DNA of 30,900 nt from Cyanophora paradoxa CCMP329 (GCA_004431415.1 QPMI01000070.1:1-30900), one strand, 5' to 3'; positions 11,512-21,506 are shown, counted from the stretch's first letter. The notes: a model not told the origin generated them from the sequence alone. Numbers and translations: made by a program.

Positions 11512-12234
11512 ATACCATATTCAGTAAGGACCTCTTATATTGTGAAAATCTCAGTGTTAGTTGGTGTAGTTGATTCAAAAAATGCATTTTATACTCTGAT
11601 TCATTGTTATTTCCTGTGAAATTTGAGTCAACTCAACCCACTTAGTCAACCCTTGCATTGAATTCGTAACAAAATCCATATACTATTACTACTTTTACGA
11701 TTAATATGAGTCAACCTTGAGTCCACTTTAATATAAATATTATATAATAGGGGGAATCAAGGGGAGATGCTTACTAAATGCAGTGTTAGATTGATGGGAT
11801 CATAGATGGGATCACAGTTATCGAAGCAATATAATATAGTTGAATATTCGATATCATAAGTTGATCGAAACGATAAGTATATGGTTATAAATCGCGATTT
11901 TTGAGTTATAATCGAATTTAATCGAATTAATTTTGAATTTCAAAACTCGCTTTAATCGTAATAGCGATCTATACACATTGAGATTCGTATATGTGATTGC
12001 AAGTTATTGTTATGTATGATATATGTGATTATATTCGACCGTCAGTGCATCGATTTGATAACTTGCTAGTGATCTATATTAAAAACTCACGTTTAATGGA
12101 TTTTAATCGAATTTATAATCAAAATTCAAAATCGGTTTCATCGCGATTTGGAGTTACAGTTAGTGAAATTCCGATATGGCTCATAAGCGCTGTGACCGCC
12201 TTGAAATGCTCGATTTTATGACGTTTAAGCGCAT

Positions 12235-12539
12235 CGATTTGATAAGTTGGTGTTGAGATATCGTAGCAAACGTTAATATTGATTTTCTAGACGGGTACAG
12301 CATTAATCTAGAAAAAACCGCGTTTTTTTTTACTTTTCAAGTTTCACGGCGAACGAAGTAAAGGTTCCCGAGCGGATTTGAACCGCGTAGTTTTGAGTCA
12401 GAAATCAAGCTCTCTATTCTCTGAGCCAAAAACGGCTTACCACCAAGTCGACTCCTGGCTAGTGTTTCACCAAGTCTACTATGGCAAGTGACTTTTGCAT
12501 CTTCAAACTGTTATATCTCATCACCAGATCATCAAAACG
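12235..12539. repeat. Imperfect 27 bp inverted repeat enclosing the tRNA-like sequence
   Basis: 12235-12261 versus the reverse complement of 12513-12539, 22/27 identical. Confidence 0.65.
12363..12436 (-). ncRNA. Degenerate tRNA-like sequence (tRNA-Gln(CTG)-like), possible Pol III unit
   Basis: Minus strand GCCGTTTTTGGCTCAGAGAATAGAGAGCTTGATTTCTGACTCAAAACTACGCGGTTCAAATCCGCTCGGGAACC. It has box A-like TGGCTCAG, a CTC/GAG D stem, a TTGA/TCAA stem around CTG, and a T arm GCGG-TTCAAAT-CCGC (box B). The acceptor stem is poor. A T6 run lies ~45 nt downstream. Confidence 0.45.
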
Positions 12540-12660
12540 CAACGTTCTGCATATCGCTGTGAAGCGCTTGATAAGATCTACAAGACTATGTGTATATCAT
12601 GTGCATATATGTATATCAGTCATACATATATTTGGAAAAAACGAGTTTTTGCCTAGCAAA

Positions 12661-14043
12661 CTAGCTAGTTTTGGTCCTTTCTCTTAGTGTTCTCTGAGGT
12701 TTAGGGCTGTATATGACTCCTTAGTAGTCTGAAAGTCATTATACCATCTCTGGCTATTAACCTCAGAAAGTTTCTGTGTCCCTGCTATAGTGAGCTTTTT
12801 GAGTTCCCTGTTAACTTTCCCAGCCTTCTCCTTTCTAGCCTCTATCAAAGGCTTATCTGGGACTTCATTAGCAGCTTCTATGCTTCTCTCCTTATAGCAG
12901 CATCAGCCCTGGCTTCCTCTTTAGCTTGCTCCAAGGCATCCACTGTAGGGGTTTCTAGATATTCAACTGCATTCACAGGCAACAGCTCATGGAAAGCAAA
13001 CCTGTTTTCTATGATCTCACCAGTGGACTCCTTAGCTTAAACTTAAAGCCTTCCCTACTATCAACAGTGTAAACCATCCTAGACCAATTGTTACCCTGTT
13101 TAGCAAAGGGGTTCTTCTCAACTTTCACTCTAACAAACATGCCAGGCTGCATGGTATCAAGGTAAGCTATTGATTTCTTGAATCTTTCATCTTCTAATCC
13201 CACTATATACCTATAATGCTCCTCTGTAGTTTCGCCTGGCTTCATCTTAGTAGCTGAGTGAACTGTATTATTGTAATTATACTCAATATCACCTAACACA
13301 TCAAAGAATCTAGCTGTGTTATTAGCTATGCAATAGTTTGTGATCAGTCTCTTAATCTGCTTGTTAAAGGCTTCAATTCGACCTTGGCTTCTATGGTCAG
13401 CAGTTCCACTCACTTGGTGTTCTATGAATTTACTAGATAAATACTCCTGGAATATTCGATTTTGGAATTCACTCCCAGCATCTGATTGAACTTTTACTAT
13501 GGGTCTTGCCACTCTCATTTCAAGCTGTTTAAATGCAGCTAATGTAGTGAGAGCTGATTTATCCCTTATAGGTATGATATACCCAGTTCTCAGTGTAGAT
13601 TCCATTGCAGTCATAAAGGTATCATAGCCATTGTTTTGTTTCTTATAAGCTGGGAAAAAGAGCAAATCAATCACATAGGTATCAAGGGGTTGCCTAATTG
13701 GGACCATGGGATCTCTCTTCCTAGATATAGCAGGTGCATTGATCTGAACAACTTCTTGTTTTTTATAGAACTCTTGCAACTGCTTATAGGATTCATCAGG
13801 TAACTCAGCCCTCATAGCTTGAAGCCCTTTGTAACCAGTTCTCACATCATAGAATCTCTTGGCAATCTTGCTGGTTTCTTTCACTGCAATAGCAACTGGG
13901 ATCTCTACTGGGACAAGCTCTTTCATCTCTGACTTTTTTACAATTCGAGATTCTCCCTTTTCCTCCTTGGGAACTGTGATAGGCAGTAGGTTACCTTGTA
14001 GTTGCTCAGTGGTTCTCCTAACTATTCTTCCAGTTGCTGGCAT
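12661..14043 (-). CDS. Retroviral-like (rve) DDE integrase, polinton type; C-terminus frameshifted
   Basis: ORF 13009..14043 has YVIDL / VQSDAGSEF / SQGRIEAFN (D-D-E) and YNNTVHSATKMKP. Translation resumes in another frame (KESTGEIIENRFAFHELLPV) and continues across further shifts to ~12661. The exact end is uncertain. Confidence 0.93.
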
Positions 14044-14046
14044 CTC

Positions 14047-17000
14047 TTAATTAAAAGGAACAGAATTAATACCATCTGGTAAGATGTATCTCTTTGCATC
14101 AAAGCAGTTTAGGGCAACCCTTCTACTCACAGTGTCTATTATTGTGTGATCTGCCCTTCTTTTCTGCTTTGCAGTCACAGTCTTGCTGATACCTGCAAAT
14201 AAACACTGTTTAAAATCATTAAATTGGAGTTCCTCAGTTGAAGTCCAGAGAGCTTACTCCTCTCAATCTCAGCAGTTCTGAAACTGTAAACTTTAGCTCT
14301 CAGACCCACATACTCCAATATAGCAGAGCCAGGCATTTCATTTTTGTATTTACCTGGGGTCATTCTGGAATCACCTCCAAGGTCTAATGCATAGGATATA
14401 TTCTCTATATCTTTTTGTAGGGTCTTAGATTCGATATATAGACAAAAGGAGTCAGTATCATGGAATAGTAACTTTGCTTTTGTCCATTGGGACCTTACAG
14501 TATCATAGAAGAACTTGTAGTTATGCAGTTTGGCTGCATCCAGAACATAAGCCCCAATAGCAACTGGCTTATCTAGCTTCACATGCTTTGTGTAAAACTC
14601 AAAGGCAACTGCTTTTTCGTTTATGGGACTTGTTGATTTCACCAATGGGGAGGCTGCATATTTCATAAACAGTTTCTCACTGTTTGCAATCTTAACCACA
14701 GATCTACCTCTGCAAGATTCAATGCATTTCCCATAGATTGAGTTATTCATGAGTTTATAGAAATCAGCCTCGAATTTATTCACTGCTTTCCTTCTCATCT
14801 CAGTATTCAGCTCAATGTAGGGTTTCATTACAGGAGCCACAGTAAATGATAGGACCCTGTGAACCTTCTTTAGTTTCACCCCTTTGTCCAACAGATACTG
14901 TAGAAGAGGCTCAGAAATCACATAGTTGGTCACAGAACCAAAGGTTGCAGTTAGCTTAGGGGTCTTATCAAGCTCTTCTCCTGAGAGATCTAATAGGCTC
15001 TTTTGATATTGTGATAATTCTGCATATTCTACTATTTTCTTGTTAATAATTAGGGGAAATCACTGTGGTCTAGATATAGCCTAATTGGGTAATCCAGATC
15101 AACTTCCAGGAAACTGGATCTGTTATCTTGTGGGTTGAATTCGGTCTCCCATCTAAAATCACCAACTGGGATTGGCTGACTCAAACAGTAGCCATACAAG
15201 TTGTTAGCATCAAACAGCATTATATGGGAGTTCTCACCATCAGCCTCAGCATACCTACAAGGCATTGTTGCAAAGCCACCCCTGATTCCCCTCTCAACAA
15301 ATTCGTATTGCTCTACATCACTTATAAGCTCTATTTTTGCCTTGGTGGTCCTAAGCATAGCATCCCAAGATAACCCAGGTGCAGATACATAATGAACTGG
15401 GTCCAATCCATATACTGAGTGTGAAAGCCTTCTGAAAGCCTGGAATTTGCTCATTAACTCATCTACATCAGCAGCCCCAAAGTCCATAAAATTACTTGCA
15501 TCAATGAACTTGTAAAGACCCCATTGCAATGAAAGGTATTGATCAAAGTTTTTCGAAAGGATTTCGATTCGCTTTTTATCACCCATGCCTGCTATTTTTC
15601 TGAAAATGAATGTCCCACAGTCATCCATTTGGTCAACAACCACTGCTACTTTTGTTTGCTTTGAGATTCTCCTATGGAGATTGCAGTTTCTGCATGCAGG
15701 TGCAATGTAATTACCTGTGTGGTGATCATGATCCCTGCATTTGAAGTTTTCCTTGGTGAACCTCTCACTGCAAAGGTAACAGTGTTTGGTAGCTCTGTAA
15801 ATAGCCTTTTGCTCATCTGTGAGTTCATTCATGGGAATATTGGTGAACAGGAAATCGATTAGCTCTCTTGCTTTGGACTCCAAGCATTCAAACAGACCTC
15901 CCATTGGATCCTGACCCTCAAATCGAAACTCCTGAACATCTGCCCCAGTGACTATTCTAATGTTGACTGCTGAGACTTCCCTCTTGGATTTCGATGCATC
16001 AATGGGATGCTTCTATGTTCAATCTTGCAGTAAACCACAACAGGAAGCCAGACAGTTTTCCTGAGGTTTTTCAGTCCAAACTCTATTGTGGTGTCAGGCT
16101 TAGGGGTGATTCCCTTTGAGAGTCTCCAATCAATGCATCTGTTTGAGTCCACATGAGCAGTGAGTTTAGCCTCAGACCTGAATCGAGATAAGCATGTATC
16201 ACAGTAGTGTAACTTTTGATCCTTGGTTTTATCAAGGGCAACTCTGAGAAGTCTTGAAAGGGACATGATAGTAATATAGTGACCATTCCCTTCATCATCA
16301 TGAATGAGCATTAGATTAATCTTTTGCTTTCTGCCTGGGTTGCTGGATTGATGTAGGGGATATATAACATCTCCATCCATTCCAAATATGTTTATGCTGA
16401 TGCCTGCATTTTGAGATTCGAATTTATCAATGATTTCAGCATCACAAGGAACAGGGAATGGGATATTGTCGAAATTGAGAGCCAAAGGATTGTATGTGGT
16501 TGGTGAGTATTTCCATTTGCGATATTGTGTAAGCTCACTTCTCTTGTGGGAATTTACATCTTTCCTATGGATCCATGCCAAAATGGCATTTTCAAAGCAA
16601 GAATCATCAATATTTCGAATATTCACTGTGGCTCTCTTGGCTGCAATTGATTCTGGTGTTTTAACATAGCAGCCACCAGTTGGGGCATAACTCATAATAG
16701 CAACTCTTAGCATTTCGATTCTCTCCAATCGATAGCTATCAACAACATTCATCTGTTCCTGACACATTTGGGCTGCTTTATTCAGCTCAGTTCGAATATT
16801 TCTCGATTTGGTTAATACAAAATAATCGCTGTAAATGTATTTCGATATCCAAACCTGTGGATTGCTGACTTTTACGAACTTGCAGATAAACGACAAGCGA
16901 ACTTTGATTGCCCTGAATTGATCCAGACTATCTCTTAAACGTTTTGGTAGAGAGGTTGCAATTCTATCTAAATATTCAATCACATCTACCACAACTTCCC

Positions 17001-17289
17001 TTCTGGCTCTGTATGTGAGCCAGCGATATAATTCATTCATGGCTGTTCCATCTTCTGCCTCTGGTTCTATTTGCCTCAGGCGATCGAGTTCATCAAGAGT
17101 CTCAACTTTGTCATAGAGGTTATTGGCTTTTCTGGTTAATTTTGCTAAAGTGGGTCTGCCCCTTGAAATAAATCCGATTTCCCGGTCATATTCAGCCTCT
17201 GTGATTTCATGGGCTGCATACAGTGTTCCCAGTAATCCCATAAGTTCCCATTTCTTCTCTCTAATGAGTCTGTTGCTAATTCGGGGCAT
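14047..17289 (-). CDS. polB: Protein-primed family B DNA polymerase (pPolB) with vOTU-like, C2H2-like and endonuclease VII-like domains; several frameshifts
   Basis: Three consecutive ORFs plus linkers. Motifs: YGLDPVHYVSAPGLSWDAML, GIRGG, FDANNLYG (A), KLMNNSIYGK (B), FHDTDS (C), LRAKVY, and the C-terminal ALNCFDAKRYILPDGINSVPF* ending at 14047. It carries a CYLC..RDHDHHTG..ACRNCN insertion and DDSCF...GHY. Confidence 0.94.
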
Positions 17290-17345
17290 AGTTCCTAACT
17301 TGTTCCTACTAAAAGGGGAGGTTTTAAATGGGGAATTCTGAACAC

Positions 17346-17395
17346 AAAATTTGATGAAAACTACTTAAAGAAATATCTTCTATATATATAAAAGG
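17346..17395 (+). promoter_or_regulatory. Conserved upstream motif copy 1 (AAAATTTGA..ACTTAAAG..TATATATA)
   Basis: 17357-17395 is 38/39 identical to 18682-18720 and ends 3 nt before the ATG at 17399. Confidence 0.8.
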
Positions 17396-17398
17396 ACA

Positions 17399-18214
17399 AT
17401 GGCAGAGAAGAAATCGTATTGCCTGGAAAAGCTCAAAGCGGCTTTAATGTTGCTTTGTGGATCTGATAACTTCAATGATTATGTTGCTCTTGGAAGTAAC
17501 AGGAAACCGCTCCCTCTTTGGGCAAAGCTTGCAAAATATGGATTAAGTGACTATGACCTGCCTCCAGAGTCTGAGCATTGCGCCTGTGATCATCCAATTA
17601 AAGAGCAATGCTATATTCTGCATGTTAATAAAAAGATTGTGGTCATTGTTGGGAATTGCTGCATTTTACGATTTATTCCGAAGGGTGCCAGAGGTCAAGA
17701 TATATGTGAAAGATGTGGAGATCGGCATAAAAACCGAAAGGATAATTTCTGTAATAAGTGCAGAATCGCTTTAAAGCAAGAAGAACTGGAAAGAAAAAGA
17801 GAACTTGAAAAACAAGAGGAAGCTCGAAAGAGGCAGCTTGAATTAGAAGAAAGAGAGCGAAGAGAGAGAGAATTAGAACAAGAAAGAGCAAGGAATAAAC
17901 ATGCAGTTAATCTTTTCCTGATTTGGTGCAACCAATTTATTCCGAAAATGGATAATCTTCGCAGAGATGATATAGAGAGGTTCAGAGAGGGCAGATCTGC
18001 ATTGATTGAAATGTATGCAGAACTCAGTACAACAAATACATTGGTTGCTGGGTTTCAGGTGCCTTATCTTAAAAAAGATATCGCAAAAGGATTAGATTGC
18101 AGATGGAATAAGGACAAGAAAACATGGGAGACCTTGGAAATCGAACCATTTGTAGCATTGCTAGGTAAGCATTTCAAACTTATGTATATTGAGCGATTTG
18201 GACAAAGAGGTTAG
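17399..18214 (+). CDS. Zinc-finger / coiled-coil protein with C-terminal DUF5710-like motif
   Basis: CACDHPIKEQCYI..VGNCCILRF and CERC..CNKC Cys clusters, an E/R/K coiled coil, and FQVPYLKKDIAKGLDCRWNKDKKTW, which resembles DUF5710. Preceded by the promoter motif. Confidence 0.75.
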   Translation: MAEKKSYCLEKLKAALMLLCGSDNFNDYVALGSNRKPLPLWAKLAKYGLSDYDLPPESEHCACDHPIKEQCYILHVNKKIVVIVGNCCILRFIPKGARGQDICERCGDRHKNRKDNFCNKCRIALKQEELERKRELEKQEEARKRQLELEERERRERELEQERARNKHAVNLFLIWCNQFIPKMDNLRRDDIERFREGRSALIEMYAELSTTNTLVAGFQVPYLKKDIAKGLDCRWNKDKKTWETLEIEPFVALLGKHFKLMYIERFGQRG

Positions 18215-18219
18215 AGAAC

Positions 18220-18252
18220 AAAAAATGATTTAAAGAATTCTCTATATATATT
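18220..18252 (+). promoter_or_regulatory. Conserved upstream motif copy 2
   Basis: AAAAAATGATTTAAAGAATTCTCTATATATATT upstream of the ATG at 18271. Confidence 0.7.
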
Positions 18253-18270
18253 AAGAGAGACAGAGGAAAA

Positions 18271-18525
18271 ATGCCACTCAGTGAAGCCCAGAAGAGAGCT
18301 ATGAAGAGATACCAGCAAACTGAAAAAGGTAAGGCTCAAATCAAAAAGTTTAACGAAAAAATAGCCACACAGCTTAGAGATCTATATCAAACCGATGATA
18401 CCTATAGAGCAATGAAAATAGCAAGTTCATGTCAGCGAAAGTATGCAGCCAATGCAGTCTGCTTTGTCAAGTATTTGTATGATGTCCCTTACTCAAATAG
18501 AGGGAGAAAATTGAAACATGTCTAA
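18271..18525 (+). CDS. Small basic hypothetical protein, possibly DNA-binding
   Basis: 84 aa K/R-rich ORF (SEAQKRAMKRYQQ..., RGRK near C-terminus) that fills the intergenic gap and has the promoter motif. Confidence 0.7.
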   Translation: MPLSEAQKRAMKRYQQTEKGKAQIKKFNEKIATQLRDLYQTDDTYRAMKIASSCQRKYAANAVCFVKYLYDVPYSNRGRKLKHV

Positions 18526-18661
18526 ATTATTTTTCCCAGCATATTACTAGGCTGGGGATATGCTGTTTATTCGCTGAAATACCCATTCATCCTTTTTGTA
18601 TCTAAACCACTCGATATATCATGTGGATAAATTTCGTAGGGATACTTTCTCGATTTCCAAC

Positions 18662-18720
18662 AAAAAATGATTGGGGGACCCAAAACTACTTAAAGAAAAA
18701 TCTTCTATATATATAAAAGG
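18662..18720 (+). promoter_or_regulatory. Conserved upstream motif copy 3
   Basis: AAAAAATGA..AAAACTACTTAAAGAAAAATCTTCTATATATATAAAAGG upstream of the ATG at 18738. Confidence 0.8.
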
Positions 18721-18737
18721 GACCCCGATCGCTGAAA

Positions 18738-21065
18738 ATGAACGCCAAACAGACTAAATCGCTCAAATCGCTCGCTAACTGGCTCAGATCTGATGAGGAA
18801 CTGTCCAAAAACATGATTATCCCAGTGAAACCTGACAGCAAAGACCCTGTTTTCAAGCATAAGGGAGGTGCTTGGTCCTGGGAAAAGTATGAGGAAGCGC
18901 TGGCAACTAATCAGTATGTATCTTGGGGCATTCTGCTCTCAGACAACATGATGGTTATTGAATTTGATGATGAGGAGGACTTTGAGAAATTCCGAGATAT
19001 GTTTCCTGATGACTTTGATGCCAATCAGCCCATGGCAAAAACTAAAAAAGGCTATCATGTCTACTTCAAACGACCTGAGGAGTTCACTAAACTCAAAATT
19101 ACCGATAAGGCTCCAGGCTTTAAAGGCTTTGAAAAGGTTGACCTGAAAACAATCACTGGAACTGGAACTTCTGGATTAATTAATGTTTGTCCCAGTGTCA
19201 ACAAGACCTGGGTAATTGCTCCATGGGATGATACCTGTGATTTCAATGAGCCTACTGATGAGTTTAAAAAGTGGATTGCAGAGAACTATATCTATAAGAG
19301 TGAGTATACTGCTAGTGCTAGCTCAAATGATGAACTGGAAAAGAGTATTCTTAAAGAGCTGGTGGATATGGGCTTTATGCATCCCAATATAATCTCTAAA
19401 ACTGAACTTGGCTTTAGCTTTGATGCTGCTAATAAGGGACTCAATTGCCCATGCTGCAATGGTTCCCATGAATCGAATAACTGGTATGTTATGAAAGCCA
19501 AAGGAGAAGATAAAAAGTATATTGTGTCCAGCTACAGTGGCAATTGCAAAAAACGATTTATCTTCATTGGAATGCAATCTGATATCTTCAATCTCATTGA
19601 TAAATCCGCTGGCTCTGGAGGCGCTCATTATGATGTCAGTCTTGTGTGCAAAGAGGTCCTACAACACACTTGGAGATACTCCAAAAAGTCATGGTTCAAA
19701 CTCAATACTGATACTGGGATTTGGGAGCATGATGACACAAACCAAAAGATTTACCTAGACATTAGTTGCCTTGTTGTCCCTCAATACCTTGGCAGGGCTG
19801 TGCATTATAGTCAAAGAGCTTTGAAGGATGAAGAGAATAGAACAGCTTTCGAAGAGAAATCGAAAACATTAATTTCTATTGCCAAAAATCTTAAACAATC
19901 AGGATATCGCAAATCCCTTCTGACTGATCTGCTCCCTCTGCTAAATGATGATGAGTTTTACGAGAAGATTGATACAGTTCCATATGTAATTGGATTCGAT
20001 AATGGTGTATTTGATCTGACAACTATGACTTTCAGAAAGGGTAAACTGGAAGACATGGTGAGCAAGAGTGTGGGTTATGATTATACTGAGAATGTAGACC
20101 CCAAGAAAGTGGAGCATCTCAATCAGATTTATAGAGAGATTGTAGATGATCCAGCAGAGCGAAACTATCTTCTGGCATCTATTGCAATTGCTTTGAGTGG
20201 ATCAACAAAATCACAGAAGTTCTACATGTGGACTGGTGCTGGTGCTAATGGTAAATCACTTGTTCAGGAATACTGCAAACAGATATCTGGGGCTTATTAC
20301 AGCCCTCTCGAAATATCCTATTGGACCAAACCTAAGAAGAACTCATCAGATGCTACCCCTGAACTTGCCAAACTCCTGGGAAAGCGACTTGTATTCAGTA
20401 ATGAGGCTGAAGATGGTGATAAACTGCAAATCTCCAAAATTAAGGAGGTCACAGGTGGAAATGAAATGACTGTGAGAGCCTTGTTCAAAGATCCAGTTAT
20501 CCTTACTCCAATGTTTCAAGTCTACATTACAACCAATGACAATTTGACTATAAACAAACCAGACTTTGCAATTCAAAGAAGGCTTTCATACCAGAGATTT
20601 AACAATATTTTCAGAGAGAAGCCAGAAGCTGGTCAAAAGAAAGCTGACCCAACTCTGTTCACACTTCTACACAATGATGATGAGTATAAGATGGCTCACA
20701 TGAAGATATTACTGGATATGTGGAAGAACAAAGAGGTTGAAGAGATCTTAAGAAATCCCCCTCAATCGATTATTGAACAAGGGATAAACTTTATAGCTGA
20801 AAATGATAAGATTGGTGAATGGCTTAGGGATAATTTCGAAGTAACCCACAATGCAAACGACTTTGTTTCGAGTGATACCATTTACAAATCATACAGAAGT
20901 GTCGATGATAAAGTTGAATGTGTTTCTGTGATGAAGAGAGTAAGGGAAATCTTCAATGTGAAATCAGAGGTTAAAAGAATTCAGGGAACCAGAGCAAGGG
21001 GCTACATTGGACTTCGAAAGATAACAAGGGTTCAAGAAGACAATGGAGAGGATGTCGAATATTAA
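18738..21065 (+). CDS. Prim-Pol (AEP) + D5-like superfamily 3 primase-helicase
   Basis: Intact 775 aa ORF. N-terminal GILL..MVIEFDD..KTKKGYHVYF, then CPCC..H..C, D5_N-like IGFDNGVFDL, Walker A GAGANGKS, Walker B LVFSNE, motif C YITTN, AIQRRL, and a C-terminal winged-helix-like region. Confidence 0.95.
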   Translation: MNAKQTKSLKSLANWLRSDEELSKNMIIPVKPDSKDPVFKHKGGAWSWEKYEEALATNQYVSWGILLSDNMMVIEFDDEEDFEKFRDMFPDDFDANQPMAKTKKGYHVYFKRPEEFTKLKITDKAPGFKGFEKVDLKTITGTGTSGLINVCPSVNKTWVIAPWDDTCDFNEPTDEFKKWIAENYIYKSEYTASASSNDELEKSILKELVDMGFMHPNIISKTELGFSFDAANKGLNCPCCNGSHESNNWYVMKAKGEDKKYIVSSYSGNCKKRFIFIGMQSDIFNLIDKSAGSGGAHYDVSLVCKEVLQHTWRYSKKSWFKLNTDTGIWEHDDTNQKIYLDISCLVVPQYLGRAVHYSQRALKDEENRTAFEEKSKTLISIAKNLKQSGYRKSLLTDLLPLLNDDEFYEKIDTVPYVIGFDNGVFDLTTMTFRKGKLEDMVSKSVGYDYTENVDPKKVEHLNQIYREIVDDPAERNYLLASIAIALSGSTKSQKFYMWTGAGANGKSLVQEYCKQISGAYYSPLEISYWTKPKKNSSDATPELAKLLGKRLVFSNEAEDGDKLQISKIKEVTGGNEMTVRALFKDPVILTPMFQVYITTNDNLTINKPDFAIQRRLSYQRFNNIFREKPEAGQKKADPTLFTLLHNDDEYKMAHMKILLDMWKNKEVEEILRNPPQSIIEQGINFIAENDKIGEWLRDNFEVTHNANDFVSSDTIYKSYRSVDDKVECVSVMKRVREIFNVKSEVKRIQGTRARGYIGLRKITRVQEDNGEDVEY

Positions 21066-21124
21066 ACAAAACGATTTATGATTGAAATGTATATGTAATT
21101 TTATAGCCTTACTGGAAATGGTGT

Positions 21125-21216
21125 TGTTCACAGGTGTCACAGGTCCATCCCATCTAGGGGGCTATAAAAAGAAAAATGACCAGGGGACGATAAAAACCTG
21201 TGAACACCTGTGACAC
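21125..21216. repeat. Iteron-like site 2, same architecture and 51 bp spacer as site 1
   Basis: TGTTCACAGGTGTCACAGGT-CCATCCCATC...ACCTGTGAACACCTGTGACAC, ~60 bp after the primase-helicase stop. Confidence 0.9.
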
Positions 21217-21231
21217 CTATCGAAAAAGACC

Positions 21232-21284
21232 AAAATTTGACAAGAATACTTAAAGCTTACTTGATTGTGTATAGTGAAGACAAA
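21232..21284 (+). promoter_or_regulatory. Conserved upstream motif copy 4 (diverged)
   Basis: AAAATTTGACAAGAATACTTAAAG...GTATAG upstream of the ATG at 21285. Confidence 0.55.
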
Positions 21285-21506
21285 ATGGCAAAGGCTCTTG
21301 AAGAAATGACCATGATTGAGTTAGATAAATGCATTAAACATGGAGATATAGGGGCATATATCGAAATGTCACAGAGATTGATAGGTTACAATGTGTATGC
21401 AGCAAAATCAAAGAGAAATAGATCAGTAAACATTCACATAACTGTTTCAGTGTCTGAGAATGCAAACAAAAAACAACAAAAGCATATTTACAAAAGTTAT
21501 CTGTGA
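21285..21506 (+). CDS. Small hypothetical protein (73 aa)
   Basis: In-frame ATG (MAKALEEM...) of ORF 21210..21506, just after the promoter motif. Confidence 0.55.
   Translation: MAKALEEMTMIELDKCIKHGDIGAYIEMSQRLIGYNVYAAKSKRNRSVNIHITVSVSENANKKQQKHIYKSYL

Larger units (their letters stand above)
10885..12660. repeat. Non-coding AT-rich terminal region, probable left terminal inverted repeat
   Basis: No credible ORF for ~1.8 kb between the junction and the integrase end; rich in short repeats (GAGTCAAC, GATGGGATCA, GCATCGATTTGATAA x2). The partner TIR is not in the window, so TIR status is inferred. Confidence 0.55.

Noticed and set aside
12363-12436. Functional tRNA gene or tRNA attachment site
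   Set aside because: The acceptor stem and anticodon loop are non-canonical. It lies 1.5 kb inside the element, and the integrase is DDE-type rather than a tyrosine recombinase.
11997-12687. ORFs 11997..12221 and 12481..12687
   Set aside because: Short, no motifs, and within the repeat-rich non-coding terminal region.
13009-14043. LTR retrotransposon integrase
   Set aside because: No gag, reverse transcriptase, RNase H or LTRs; it lies 3 bp from pPolB, as in polintons.
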